Of a stretch of 64,000 nucleotides of DNA, positions 22,941 through 36,305 are shown one piece after another. This DNA comes from Octopus sinensis. Its lineage: Eukaryota. Made by a program: the position numbers and the translations under genes. The DNA is taken from NCBI RefSeq assembly GCF_006345805.1, contig NC_043025.1:11656001-11720000 (forward strand), given 5' to 3'. The notes under the pieces are model-generated. The model ran no database searches. It was given only the letters and a program-made list of their open reading frames with translations, and was not told the origin of the DNA. How positions within the stretch are numbered: the stretch's first letter is position 1; the number at the start of each line of letters is the position of its first letter.

Positions 22941-23368
22941 ATTATTGCTTTTGTCGTTATTGTTTCGGTATTTTATATGAGCTGTAACTCAAAGGCCTCT
23001 AGTAACGAGTTTAATGTTTTACTACGCCTCTTAATTATTAGTCATAATTATACACAAAAGAGACTGAATACTGAAATGCATTCCGTAGTATATGGGCCGT
23101 ACCCATCAAGGTTATCTTTTGTAGTTCAAGGTGATTGGGGTTACCAGGGAGTTGCTTAATATACTTCTCAGCAGCTCCCTTTTTTATCATTCCCAACGCA
23201 CCAATTCCTTCTGGTGTTATCGTAGTACGAAGCTCCCACATTTTTGTGATTTCAATTTGCGGTCTTTGTAGTGAGAACCCTTTTTGTATTCCAAAATCAG
23301 AAATATTGAATTTCTGAATATCTCATAGAGATATGTGCAGGGGTGGAGCGATAGAGTGGTTGTATACT

Positions 23369-23952
23369 TATTTCTTTACTGCCCACAAGGGACTAAACAT
23401 AGAGGAGACAATCAAGGACAGACAAAGGGATTAAGTCGATTATATCGACCCCAGTGCGTAACTGGTACTTATTTAATCGACCCCGAAAGGATGAAAGGCA
23501 AAGTTGACCTCGGCGGAATTTGAACTCAGAACGTAAAGACAGACAAAATACCTCTTTCTTTACTACCCACAAGGGGCTAAACACAGAAGGGACAAACAAG
23601 GACAGACAAACGGATTAAGTCGACCATATCGACCCCAGTGCGTAACTGGACCTTAATTTATCGACCCCGAAAGGATGAAAGGCAAAGTCGACCTCGGCGG
23701 AATTTGAACTCAGAACGTAAAGACAGACGAAATACCTATTTCTTTATTGCCCACAAGGAGCTAAACACAGAGGGGACAAACGGATTAAGTCGACCATATC
23801 GACCCCAGTGCGTAACTGGACCTTAATTTATCGACCCCAAAAGGATGAAAGGCAAAGTCGACCTCGGCGGAATTTGAACTCAGAACGTAGCGGCGGGCGA
23901 AATACCACAAAGCATTTCGCCTGGCGTGCTAACCATTCTGCCAGCTCGCCGC
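23369..23952 (-). mobile_element. SINE family B trimer with 15-bp TSD
   Basis: GAGTGGTTGTATACT at 23354-23368 and 23953-23967; internal junctions at ~23550 and ~23735; full head at the right end. Confidence 0.92.
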
Positions 23953-24302
23953 GAGTGGTTGTATACTGTCAACTTAACATGACAGTCCCGTAAGGGAATT
24001 ACACCACCACTGTTTAGCCCTAGGAAGCATCGACGCTTCCTGTCAGCCTCGACACATTTCCTGTGTCCTTATATTTGCAAAGGGGAGACAAACACCCCCA
24101 ACAGCTAGGCCTGCATAAGACCCTGAAACATGCATGTATCTAGATGCAGGCCTTGCTGTTGGGGTGTTTGTCTCCCCTTCGTAAATATATAAGGACACAG
24201 GAAATGTGTCAAGGCTGACAGGAAGCGTCGATGCTTCCTAGGGCTAAACAACGGTGGTGTAATCCCCTACTGTCACATTAAGTTGACAGTATACAACCAC
24301 TC
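23953..24302. mobile_element. Fold-back element / long-IR MITE (~160-bp arms, short loop)
   Basis: GAGTGGTTGTATACTGTCAACTTAA...GGCCTGCAT mirrored by ATGCAGGCC...TTAAGTTGACAGTATACAACCACTC. Confidence 0.9.
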
Positions 24303-24658
24303 CTTTTGTATTCCTTTCTTGAGACATTTTGATCTTGGAGGACAGACATATCTGTTGTGGTCCTTGATCACAATGTCTGGTCCACGGGAGTTGATTTTTC
24401 TGTCTGTTTGCATTAGGAAGTTCCAAAGGATGGCGACACCCTCACCATTTACTACATCCTCTGGATGGTGCCTGTACCACTTATCATAGGATTTAATTTT
24501 GTAGTATTTACAAGCATTCGAGTGGGTGTACTGCTCTAGTCTGTCATATCTTATGAGGTACTCCTTTTCAGCGAGGACTGGGCAGCCAGAAACAACATAA
24601 TCAATTGTCTCTGTGAATTATCCACAAATTCCGCATGAGGTGTCAGACCCATCATTAA

Positions 24659-24874
24659 CCCTTTCGTTACTGTATTTATTTTGAGATGCTCTGTATTTCT
24701 TTCAATTAATTTTAAATATAACCAAGAATTTAGTAAAATAACTTAGTTATCATTCAGCTAGTGTTAGGAACATAAATTGTGACTAAGGTTTGGTGGAAGA
24801 TTTTAATTCAGAACTTTTGATAACAAGACATTTGTACTACAGAGCCAGTTTCAACCAGGTTGGTATCAAAAGGG
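24659..24874. mobile_element. piggyBac-like MITE
   Basis: TTAA|CCCTTTCGTTAC...GTATCAAAAGGG|TTAA. Confidence 0.85.
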
Positions 24875-24905
24875 TTAAGAATTGATTCTCTATTATATAT
24901 TTTAA

Positions 24906-25126
24906 CCCTTCCGTTACCATATTTCTGTTGAGATGCTCTGTGTTTCTTTCAATTACTTTAAATATAACAAAGAATTTAGTAAAATAACTTAGTTATCATT
25001 AAGCTAGTGTTAGGAACATAAATTGTGACTAAGGTTTGGTGGAAGATTTTAATTCAGAACTTATGAAAACAAGACATTTGTACTACAGAGCCAGAGCCGG
25101 TTTCAGCCAGGTTGGTATCGAAAGGG
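24906..25126. mobile_element. piggyBac-like MITE (same family)
   Basis: TTAA|CCCTTCCGTTACC...GGTATCGAAAGGG|TTAA. Confidence 0.85.
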
Positions 25127-25614
25127 TTAAGGCTGTTTGCATGGTAGTTTCTAGTAGGTAAGCTCTGCTCTTGCACTGCAATAACAAAACCTTCTCTTTC
25201 CCCTTTCAGACCCGTCCGTTGTAGCCATTGGTGTATTAGATTTTGATCAATATCTGACTCGGACAGGCGGTTACGGTATTTTCCATGCAGGAGTTTACCT
25301 TTCCAGTTGTCTTTGATATTATTCATGCAAGCCTTCTCTGCTTTTTGTTTGATATTTTTCGCATCAGTGATAGGTTTGTCACTATTTGGATCTCATTGGT
25401 CCTTCTGAGAGTTAATTTCTAAATCAGAAGCAATGGTAGGTCTGACAGTATTTCAGTGTCTTTGGTCATGCTTCAGTGCAGTTCACAAGAGCACATCACT
25501 TGTTGTAATAAGGTATATTTCAAGGCCTATTACTGCTGATTTGAAGGATTGTTCGAGCTGTATCAGGCCCCTTTCACCTATCTTTCTGACGTTGGATGAT
25601 GCATTTGGTACCTT

Positions 25615-25848
25615 ACTCTCTTTACTCTTTTACTTGTTTCAGTCATTTGACTGTGGCCATGCTGGAGCACCGCTACAGTCAAATGACTGAAACAAGTAAA
25701 AGAGTAAACTTAGCGGTTCAGCAAAAGACACCGATAGAATAAGTACTAGGCTTACAAAGAATAAGTCCTGGGGTTGATTTGCTCGACTAAAGGCGGTGCT
25801 CCAGCATGGCCACAGTCAAATGACTGAAACAAGTAAAAGAGATAAAAG
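25615..25848. mobile_element. Rearranged SINE family A tail (inverted chimera)
   Basis: Minus-orientation tail joined to plus-orientation tails. Confidence 0.7.
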
Positions 25849-26399
25849 AGCAAATAATCCATCTATCCAAGTTACAGATGCATTTGATAATGTAGTCCTA
25901 GATACACTTAGCCAGAATAAATCACATCTGAAACACACTTGATCAGAGGTCTGCGAGATAAAACCTGTCCTAGGGCTAAACAACAACAACAACAACAACA
26001 ACCTAGGGTGATACATTGAATAAAATAGTCTTAGATACACTATGCCTGAATCCAAGGTGGGGGTGATCATGGCTGTAACATCTATGACCATAGGACTGCT
26101 GAATCAGGGCTGACCTGGGGCTAAACATCGACAAAAAGGAAGAGGACATTAGATAATGTAGTCCTAGATACACTATGCCTGAGTAAGTCCCAGCTGGAGT
26201 ACCTATAATCATTAGATCAGCTGGGTCAGGGCCTATCTTGTGGGGAGTGTGAGGCGGGGGCGGGGGTGCTGTACAACTATATAAAGTATTCCTAGATAGA
26301 CCATGCCGGAATAAAAGACAAATTCCTCCTGGCTGAAGCACATTTGATTAGAGGCCTACTTGACAAGGACTTACCTGGGGCTAAATGACTATTAAGAAC

Positions 26400-28415
26400 A
26401 AGAGCACATTAGATAATGTTGTCCTAGGTACACCATGCCAGAAGAAAAGTTAAAATGGTTACAGCTTGAATGCATTTGATCCGGGGTCAACAGGATCAGG
26501 ACTGACCATGGGCTAAACAACAACAACAACACAAACAACATGGAAGGGCACATTAGACAATGTACTCCTAGATACACCATGCCTGATCACAACTTGAATA
26601 CATTTGATCCGGGGTCAGCTGGATCAGGACTGACCATGGGCTAAACAACAACAACAACACAAACAACATGGAAGGTCACATTAGACAATGTACTCCTAGA
26701 TACCCCATGCCTGATCAAAACCTGAATACATTTGATCCGGGGTCAGCTGGATCAGGACTGACCATGGGCTAAACAACAACAACAACACAAACAACATGGA
26801 AGGTCACATTAGACAATGTACTCCTAGATACACCATGCCTGATCACCACTTGAATACATTTGATCCGGGCTCAGCAGGATCAGGACTGACCATGGGCTAA
26901 ACAACAACAACACAAACAACATGGAAGGGCACATTAGACAATGTACTCCTAGATACACCATGCCTGATCACAACTTGAATACATTTGATCCGGAGTCAGC
27001 AGGATCAGGACTGACCATGGGCTAAACAACACAAACAACATGGAAGGGCACATTAGACAATGTACTCCTAGATACACCATGCCTGATCACAACTTGAATA
27101 CATTTGATCCGGGGTCAGCCGGATCGGGACTGACCATGGGCTAAACAACAACAACACAAACAACATGGAAGGGCACGTTAGACAATGTACTCCTAGATAC
27201 ACCATGCCTGATCACAAATTGAATACATTTGATCCGGGGTCAGCAGGATCAGGACTGACCATGGGCTAAACAACAACAACACAAACAACATGGAAGGGCA
27301 CATTAGACAATGTACTCCTAGATACACCATGCCTGATCACAACTTGAATACATTTGATCCGGGGTCAGCTGGATCAGGAGTGACCATGGGCTAAACAACA
27401 ACAACACAAACAACAACATGGAAGGGTACCTTAGACAATGTACTCCTAGATACACCATGCCTGATCACAACTTGAATACATTTGACCCGGGTCAGCAGGA
27501 TCAGGACTGACCATGGGCTAAACAACAACACACAAAACATGGGAGGGCACATTAGACAATGTACTCCTAGATACACCATGCCTGATCACAACTTGAATAC
27601 ATTTGATCCGGGGTCAGCTGGATCAGGACTGACCATGGGCTAAACAACAACAAAACACAAAACAACATGGGAGGGCACATTAGACAATGTACTCCTAGAT
27701 ACACCATGCCTGATCACAACTTGAATACATTTGATCCGGGGTCAGCTGGATCAGGACTGACCATGGGCTAAACAACAACAACAGAAACAACATGGGAGGG
27801 CACATTAGACAATGTACTCCTAGATACACCATGCCTGATCACAACTTGAATACATTTGATCCGGGGTCAGCCGGATCGGGACTGACCATGGGCTAAACAA
27901 CAACAACACAAACAACATGGAAGGGCACGTTAGACAATGTACTCCTAGATACACCATGCCTGATCACAAATTGAATACATTTGATCCGGGGTCAGCAGGA
28001 TCAGGACTGACCATGGGCTAAACAACAACAACACAAACAACATGGAAGGGCACATTAGACAATGTACTCCTAGATACACCATGCCTGATCACAACTTGAA
28101 TACATTTGATCCGGGGTCAACAGGATCAGGACTGACCATGGGCTAAACAACAACAACAACATAAACAACATGGGAGGGCACATTAGACAATGTACTCCTA
28201 GATACACCATGCCTGATCACAACTTGAATACATTTGATCCGGGGTCGGCTGGATCAGGACTGACCATGGGCTAAACAACAACAACAGAAACATGAAGGGC
28301 ACATTAGACAATGTACTCCTAGATACACCATGCCTGATCACAACTTGAATACATTTGATCCAGGGTCAACAGGATCAGGACTGACCATGGGCTAAACAAC
28401 AACAACACAAACAAC
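26400..28415. repeat. ~125-bp satellite, ~16 units, with diverged precursors at 25880-26400
   Basis: GGGCTAAACAAC...ACATTAGACAATGTACTCCTAGATACACCATGCC...GGATCAGGACTGACCAT; related dispersed sequence at ~55285 and ~57755-57860. Confidence 0.95.
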
Positions 28416-28448
28416 ATCATCTTTTAGTCGGCAGCTGTAATAGCTTAC

Positions 28449-28512
28449 TGCGTCTGTTGCTATTGGTTACGGGATGCAGTAGCATCGATTCCGGGACGGC
28501 TTCGTCATCAAT
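28449..28512 (-). other. Candidate exon (IDDEAVPESMLLHPVTNSNRR-), unassigned
   Basis: Acceptor CATTCTCTGTAG, donor GCA|GTAAGC, open phase-0 frame, unique sequence between repeats. Confidence 0.35.
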
Positions 28513-28685
28513 CTACAGAGAATGCTGACATGACAAAATACGGCAGCCTCGTTAATGGGTTGACACACAGACAGACACACACACGGCTCTCTGCACCGAT
28601 GTGTATACACTCATCTGACGAGCACACAGATATGTGTGTGTGTGTGTGAGTGTATAAATATTTATATATATATATATATTTATAC

Positions 28686-28716
<31 letters not shown>

Positions 28717-28809
28717 TATATATGTGTGTATGTATAAATATAAATATATGTATACATATATATATATATATATATAAATATACACACACATACACACGCA
28801 CACACATAT

Positions 28810-30165
28810 CATCATCATCATCATCATCATCATTTAACGTCCGCTTTCCATGCTAGCATGGGTTGGACGGTTAAACTGGGGTCTGGGAAGCCAGAAGGCT
28901 GCATCAGGCCCAGTCTGATCTGGCAGCGTTTCTACAGCTGGATGCCCTTCCTAACGCCAACCACTCCGAGAGTGTCGTGGGTGATTTTATGTGCCACCGA
29001 CACAGGTGCCAGACGAGGCTGGCAAACGGCCACGCTCGGATGGTGTTTTTTATGTGCCACCGACACAGTGCCAGACGAGGCCTGGCAAACGGCCACGTCG
29101 GATGGTGTTTTTTATGTGCCACCGAACCAGGTGCCAGACGAGGCTGGCAACGGCCACGCTCGGATGGTGTTTTTTATGTGCCACCGACACAGGTGCCAGA
29201 CGAGGCTGGCAAACGGCCCTCGCTCGGATGGTGTTTTTTATGTGCCCCGACACAGGTGCCAGACGAGGCTGGCAACGGCCTCGCTCGGATGGTTTTTTAT
29301 GTGCCACCGACACAGGTGCCAGACGAGGCTGGCAACGGCCCCCCGCTCGGATGGTGTTTTTTATGTGCCACCGACACAGGTGCCAGACGAGGCTGGCAAA
29401 CGGCCCCGCTCGGATGGTGTTTTTTATGTGCCACCGACACAGGTGCCAGACGAGGCTGGCAAACGGCCCCGCTCGGATGGTGTTTTTTATGTGCCACCGA
29501 CACAGGTGCCAGACGAGGCTGGCAAACGGCCTCGCTCGGATGGTGTTTTTAGTGCCACCGACACAGGTGCCAGACGAGGCTGGCAAACGGCCCCGCTCGG
29601 ATGGTTGTTTTTTATGTGCCACCGACACAGGTGCCAGACGAGGCTGGCAAACGGCCTCGCTCGGATGGATGGTGTTTTTTATGTGCCACCGACACAGGTG
29701 CCAGACGAGGCTGGCAAACGGCCCCGCTCGGATGGTGTTTTTTATGTGCCACCGACACAGGTGCCAGACGAGGCTGGCAAACGGCCCCGCTCGGATGGTG
29801 TTTTTTATGTGCCACCGACACAGGTGCCAGACGAGGCTGGCAAACGGCCTCGCTCGGATGGTGTTTTTTATGTGCCACCGACACAGGTGCCAGACGAGGC
29901 TGGCAGACGGTCACGCTCGGATGGTGTTTTTATGTGCCACCGACACAGGTGCCAGATGAGGCTGGCAAACGGCCACGATCGGATGGTGCTTGTTACGGTC
30001 CCACAGCACGGAGGCCAGTCGACTCGGTACTGGCTACGGCCACGTTCGGATGGTTTTCTTATGTGCCACGTGTCACCGGCACTGGTACCACAAAGATACA
30101 AATTCCATTGATGTTCATCTATTTTGATTTGTTTTGATTTTGACTTGTCTCAACAGGTCTTCATG
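28810..30165 (-). mobile_element. RTE-like LINE 3'UTR with a ~62-bp unit expanded ~16x (28990-29985)
   Basis: (CAT)n-TTTAACGTCCG end; unit GTGCCACCGACACAGGTGCCAGACGAGGCTGGCAAACGGCCCCGCTCGGATGGTGTTTTTTAT. Confidence 0.9.
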
Positions 30166-30184
30166 CACAGATATATGCTCAGCT

Positions 30185-30735
30185 ATACATGAGTACACAT
30201 ATGCTTGTAGTTGTATATACACACACATACATACACACTCATGCATATATATATATATACACACACATACATACACACTCATGCATATATATATATATCA
30301 CACCATACATACACACTCATGCATATATATATATATACACACACATACATACACACTCATGCATATATATATATATATATACACACACATACATACACAC
30401 TCATGCATATATATATATATACACACACATACATACACACTCATGCATATATATATATACACACACATACATACACACTCATGCATATATATATATATAT
30501 ACACACATACATACACACTCATGCATAATATATATATATATACACACACATACATACACACTCATGCATATATATATATATATACACACACATACATACA
30601 CACTCATGCATATATATATATATACACACACATACATACACACTCATGCATATATATATATATATATACACACACATACATACACACTCATGCATATATA
30701 TATATATATACACACACATACATACACACTCATGC

Positions 30736-30766
<31 letters not shown>

Positions 30767-30780
30767 TACATACACACTCA

Positions 30781-30825
<45 letters not shown>

Positions 30826-32136
30826 ATACACACTCATGCATATATATATATATATATACACACACATACATACACACTACACTCATGCATTATATATATA
30901 TATACACACACATACATACACACTCATGCATATATATATATAGTATATATATACACACCATACATACACACTCATGCATATATATATATATATATATATA
31001 ATATATATACACACATACATACACACTCATGCATATATATATATATATACACACACATACATACACACTCATGCATAATATATATATATATATATACAAC
31101 ACACATACATCCCACTCATGCATATATATATATATATATACACACACAACATACACACTCATGCATACATATATATATATATACACACACATACATACAC
31201 ACTCATGCATATATATATATAATACACACAATACATACACCACTCATGCATTATATATATATATATATATACACCACATACATACACACTCATGCATATA
31301 TATATAACACACACATACATACACACTCATGCATATATATATATATATAACAGACACATACATACACACTCATGCATATATATATATATATACACACACA
31401 TACATACACACTCATGCATACATATATATATATATACACACACATACATACACACTCATGCATATATATATATATATATACACACACATACATACACACT
31501 CATGGCATATATATATATATATATACACACACATACATACACACTCTTGTATATATATATATACACACACATACATACACACTCATGCATATAATATATA
31601 TATACACACACATACATACACACTCATGCAATATATATAATATATATACACACACATACATACACACTATGCATATATATATATATAACACACACATACA
31701 TACACACTCATGCATATATATAATATATACACACACATACATACACACTCATGCATACATATATATATATAACACACACATACATACATACTCATGCATA
31801 TATATATATATATACACACATACATACACACTCATGCTATATATATATATACCACACATACATACACCTCATGCATAATATATATATATACACCCACACA
31901 TACATACACACTCATGCATATATATTCTATATTATACACACATACATACACACTCTGCATATATATATATATATATATACACACACATACATACACACTC
32001 ATGCAGATATATATATATTATATACACACACTACATACACACTCATGCATATATATATATATATATACACACATACATACACAACCATGCATATATATAT
32101 ATATATATATTCAACACACATCCATACACCTCATGC

Positions 32137-32172
<36 letters not shown>

Positions 32173-32667
32173 ATACACACTCATGCATATATTATATATA
32201 TATACACACCTACATACACACTCATCAATAATATATATACACACACATACATACACACTCATGCATATATATATATATATACACACACACATACATACAC
32301 ACTCATGCATATATATATATATATACACACACATACATACACACTCATGCATATATATATATATATACACACACATACATACACACTCATGCATATATAT
32401 ATATACACACACATACATACACACTCATGCATATATATATATATATACACACACATACATACACACTCATGCATATATTATATATATACACACACATACA
32501 TCACACTCATGCATATATATATACTAAGCACACACTCACATACATGCATATATATATATATACACACACATACATACACACTCATGCAATATATATATAT
32601 ATATACACACAATACATACACACTCATGCATTATATATATATACACACACATACATACCACTCATGC

Positions 32668-32701
<34 letters not shown>

Positions 32702-33304
32702 ATACACACTCATGCATATTATATATATATACACACACATACATACACACTCATGCATATATATATATAGCCACACCCATGCATACACACTCATGCATAT
32801 TATATATATATATAACACCACACATACATACACACTCATGCATAATATATATATATACACACACATACATACACACTCATGCATATATATATATATATAC
32901 ACCCACATACATACACACTCATGCATATAATATATATATACACACACATCACATACACACTCATGCATATATATATATATACACACACAGGCATACACAC
33001 TCATGCATATATATATATATATACACACACATACATACACACTCATGCATATATATATTATATACACACCCATACAACACACTCATGCATATATATATAT
33101 ATATATACCACACATACATACACACTCATCATCATATATATATATACACACCACATACATACACACTCATGCATATATATATATATAGTTATACACACAC
33201 ATACAACACACTAATGCATATATATATACACACACATATACATACACACTCATGCATATATATATAATATATATATATATATACACACACATACAAACAC
33301 CTCA

Positions 33305-33353
<49 letters not shown>

Positions 33354-34115
33354 ATATATAACACACACACATACATACACACTCATGCATATATATATAT
33401 ATTATATATATACACACACATACATACACCTCATTCATATATATATTATATATACACAAATATACATACACACTCATGCATATATATATATATATAACAC
33501 ACACATACATACACACTCATGCATATATATATATATATATACACATACATACATACACACTCATGCATATATAATATATATATACACCACATACATACAC
33601 ACTCATGCAGATATATATATATATACACACACATACATACCACTCTGCATATATATATATATATTACACACACATACCTACACACTCATGCATATATATA
33701 TATATATATATTACACACACACATACTACACCCTCATGCATATATTATATATATATACCACACATACATACACACTCATGCATATATATATATATATACA
33801 CACACATACATACACACTCATGCATATATATATATATATACACACACATACATACACATACTCATGCATATATATATATTACACACACATACATACACAC
33901 TCATGCATATATATATCTATATATACAACACATACATACACACTCATGCATAATATATATATATATACACATACATCCATAACACTCAGGCATATTATAT
34001 ATATAATACAACACACATACATACACACTCATGCATATATATATATATATATATACACATACATACACACTCATGCATATATAATATATACACACATATA
34101 CATACACACTCATGC

Positions 34116-34146
<31 letters not shown>

Positions 34147-34260
34147 TACATACACACTCATGCATATATATATATATATACACACACATACATACACACT
34201 CATGCATATATATATATATATACACACACTCACATACATATGCATATACATACATATGTA
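30185..34260. repeat. ~4-kb compound minisatellite CATGCA(TA)n(CA)nTACATACACACT, roughly 100 units
   Basis: Fixed CACACTCATGCA anchor with a variable TA run. Confidence 0.97.
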
Positions 34261-34569
34261 CACATATATATATATATGTGTGTGTGTGTGTATACACATG
34301 CACACACATACATACATTCATATGTGTGCATACATTTAGACATGCACAGGTGTATACATGTATGCGTATTCATGCTCATGGATGTATAGAGATATACACA
34401 CACACATATATGTATATACACAGACAGACACACGTGTACGTATATATATATATATATATCCTATGTGCATATGCATGCATACAAATATATAGACACATAT
34501 ACACATATCTATTCACACATGCACACATTTACATGAAGACATAAGTACACACACACACATACCACACAT

Positions 34570-34852
34570 GCACAGGACACACTGACACACACACACAAGC
34601 ACAGGACACACTGACACACACACACAAGCACAGGACACACTGACACACACACACAAGCACAGGACACACTGACACACACACACAAGCACAGGACACACTG
34701 ACACACACACACAAGCACAGGACACACTGACAACACCACAAGCACAGGACACACTGACACACACACACAAGCACAGGACACACTGACACACACACACAAG
34801 CACAGGACACACTGACACACACACACAAGCACAGGACACACTGACACACACA
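34570..34852. repeat. ~31-bp minisatellite GCACAGGACACACTGACACACACACACAA x ~9, followed by CA-rich tract to ~35160
   Basis: Direct read. Confidence 0.95.
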
Positions 34853-35204
34853 CATATCCATATATGCACATACACACACGCATACACTCTTGTAATCATA
34901 TACACAAAAATGACAGACATGCTTTCGCACATAAATACTAACACACACACACACACACATGCACAAACACACACACACATACGCACACACATACGCACAC
35001 ACATACACACACACAAACACATGCACAAACGCACACACAAACACATGCACACACACACACACACAAACATGCACAAACACACACACACACACACACACAC
35101 AAGTACATGCACAAACACACACACACACAAACACATGCACACATGTTTGACACACACACATACAAAAAGACAGACATATTCACAACACTAACACTTACAC
35201 ACAG

Positions 35205-35450
35205 TAGCTTCGTAGTTAGGGTCTCAGCACCATGATCGTAAGATTGTGGTTTCAAGTCCTGGACCAGGCAACGCATTGTGTTCTTGAGCAAAACACTTCA
35301 TTTCACGTTGCTCCAGTCCACTCAGCTGGCAAAAATGAGCAACGTGGCAACGGACTGGTGTCCTGACCGGCTGGGGAACACATACACTATAGAAACCGGG
35401 AAACTGGGCCCATGATCATGGGTAGGCTTTAAAAGGGTGCATTTATTTTT
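35205..35450 (+). mobile_element. Degenerate tRNA-derived SINE
   Basis: TAGTTAGGG...GGTTTCAAGTCC head then TTGAGCAAAACACTT...TTGCTCCAGTCCACTCAGCTG central block. Confidence 0.55.
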
Positions 35451-35681
35451 AACACAACACACACAGGTAAATGTACTCATGTATAAGTACTAACATACGC
35501 ACACACATGCATTCATGCACACACCTATTAACACACCCATGCTGGCATATATGGACATGCGTACTCTTAATGTTACTCACGGGGAGATTCAGCGTGACAC
35601 TAAATGTGACAAGACCATCCCTTTTGAATTACAGGTATACGTTGTCGCACATTTATATACATTGTTGTACATACAAAATAT

Positions 35682-35712
<31 letters not shown>

Positions 35713-36265
35713 GGCGTGGGAGTGGATGTGTGGTAAGTAGCTTGCTTACCAACCACATGGTTCTGGGTTCAGTCCCACTGCGTGGCACCTTGGGCAAGTG
35801 TCTTCTACTATAGCCTTGGGCCAATCAAAGCCTTGTGAGTGGATTTGGTAGACGGAAACTGAAAGAAGCCCATCATATATTTATATGTATATATATATAT
35901 ATTGGCCTGCTCGCTTAGCCAGCGGGTTGGCGTCATTTGAAGGCTAAAACATTGTGAAGCGCATTGTGACCAGCGATGTGTAGCAACATCTGATAGCCTG
36001 GTCGGTCACGGTGATCACAGTGATATGTATATATATATCTATATGTGTGTGTATATGTTTGTGTGTCTGTGTTTGTCCCCCTAGCATTGCTTGACAACCA
36101 ATGCTGGTGTGTTTATGCCCCCGTCACTTAGTGGTTCGGCAAAAAAGAGACCGATAGAATAAGTACTGGGCTTACAAAGAATAAGTCCCGGGGTCGATTT
36201 GCTCGACTGAAGGCGGTGCTCCAGCATGGCCGCAGTCAAATGACTGAAACGAGTAAAAGAGTATA
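35713..36265 (+). mobile_element. SINE family A with a ~120-bp foreign repeat inserted in its TA tract
   Basis: Head 35713-35880, insert 35903-36025 (reverse relative at 42695-42785), tail 36030-36265. Confidence 0.85.
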
Positions 36266-36305
36266 TACAGGCAATTTTTTTCTCTCCTTGTTTCTTTTCT
36301 GTGTG

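Larger units (their letters stand above)
22950..25615 (-). pseudogene. Degenerate R4/Dong-clade non-LTR retrotransposon (RT tail, CCHC knuckle, restriction-like endonuclease), interrupted by 4 insertions
   Basis: Minus-strand fragments RKIGERGLIQLEQ, WKGKLLHGKY..WL..GLKGEREGFVIAVQEQSLPTRNY, CGICG..ETIDYVVSGCPVLAEKEY, RGPDIVIKD and MWELRTTITP..IGALG..LQKITLMGTAHILR. Confidence 0.85.

Noticed and set aside
21890-23159. Poly-Leu/Ile/Tyr/Asn ORFs (also 19259-19580)
   Set aside because: (ATT)n translation.
26400-28415. CRISPR-like regular repeats (also 2173-3520, 6947-9052, 13380-15092)
   Set aside because: No unique spacers, no cas genes, eukaryotic context.
30134-34389. Long His/Tyr/Ile/Thr-rich ORFs (also 80-810, 36669-37443, 45596-46859, 55417-56379)
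   Set aside because: Translations of TA/CA microsatellites.
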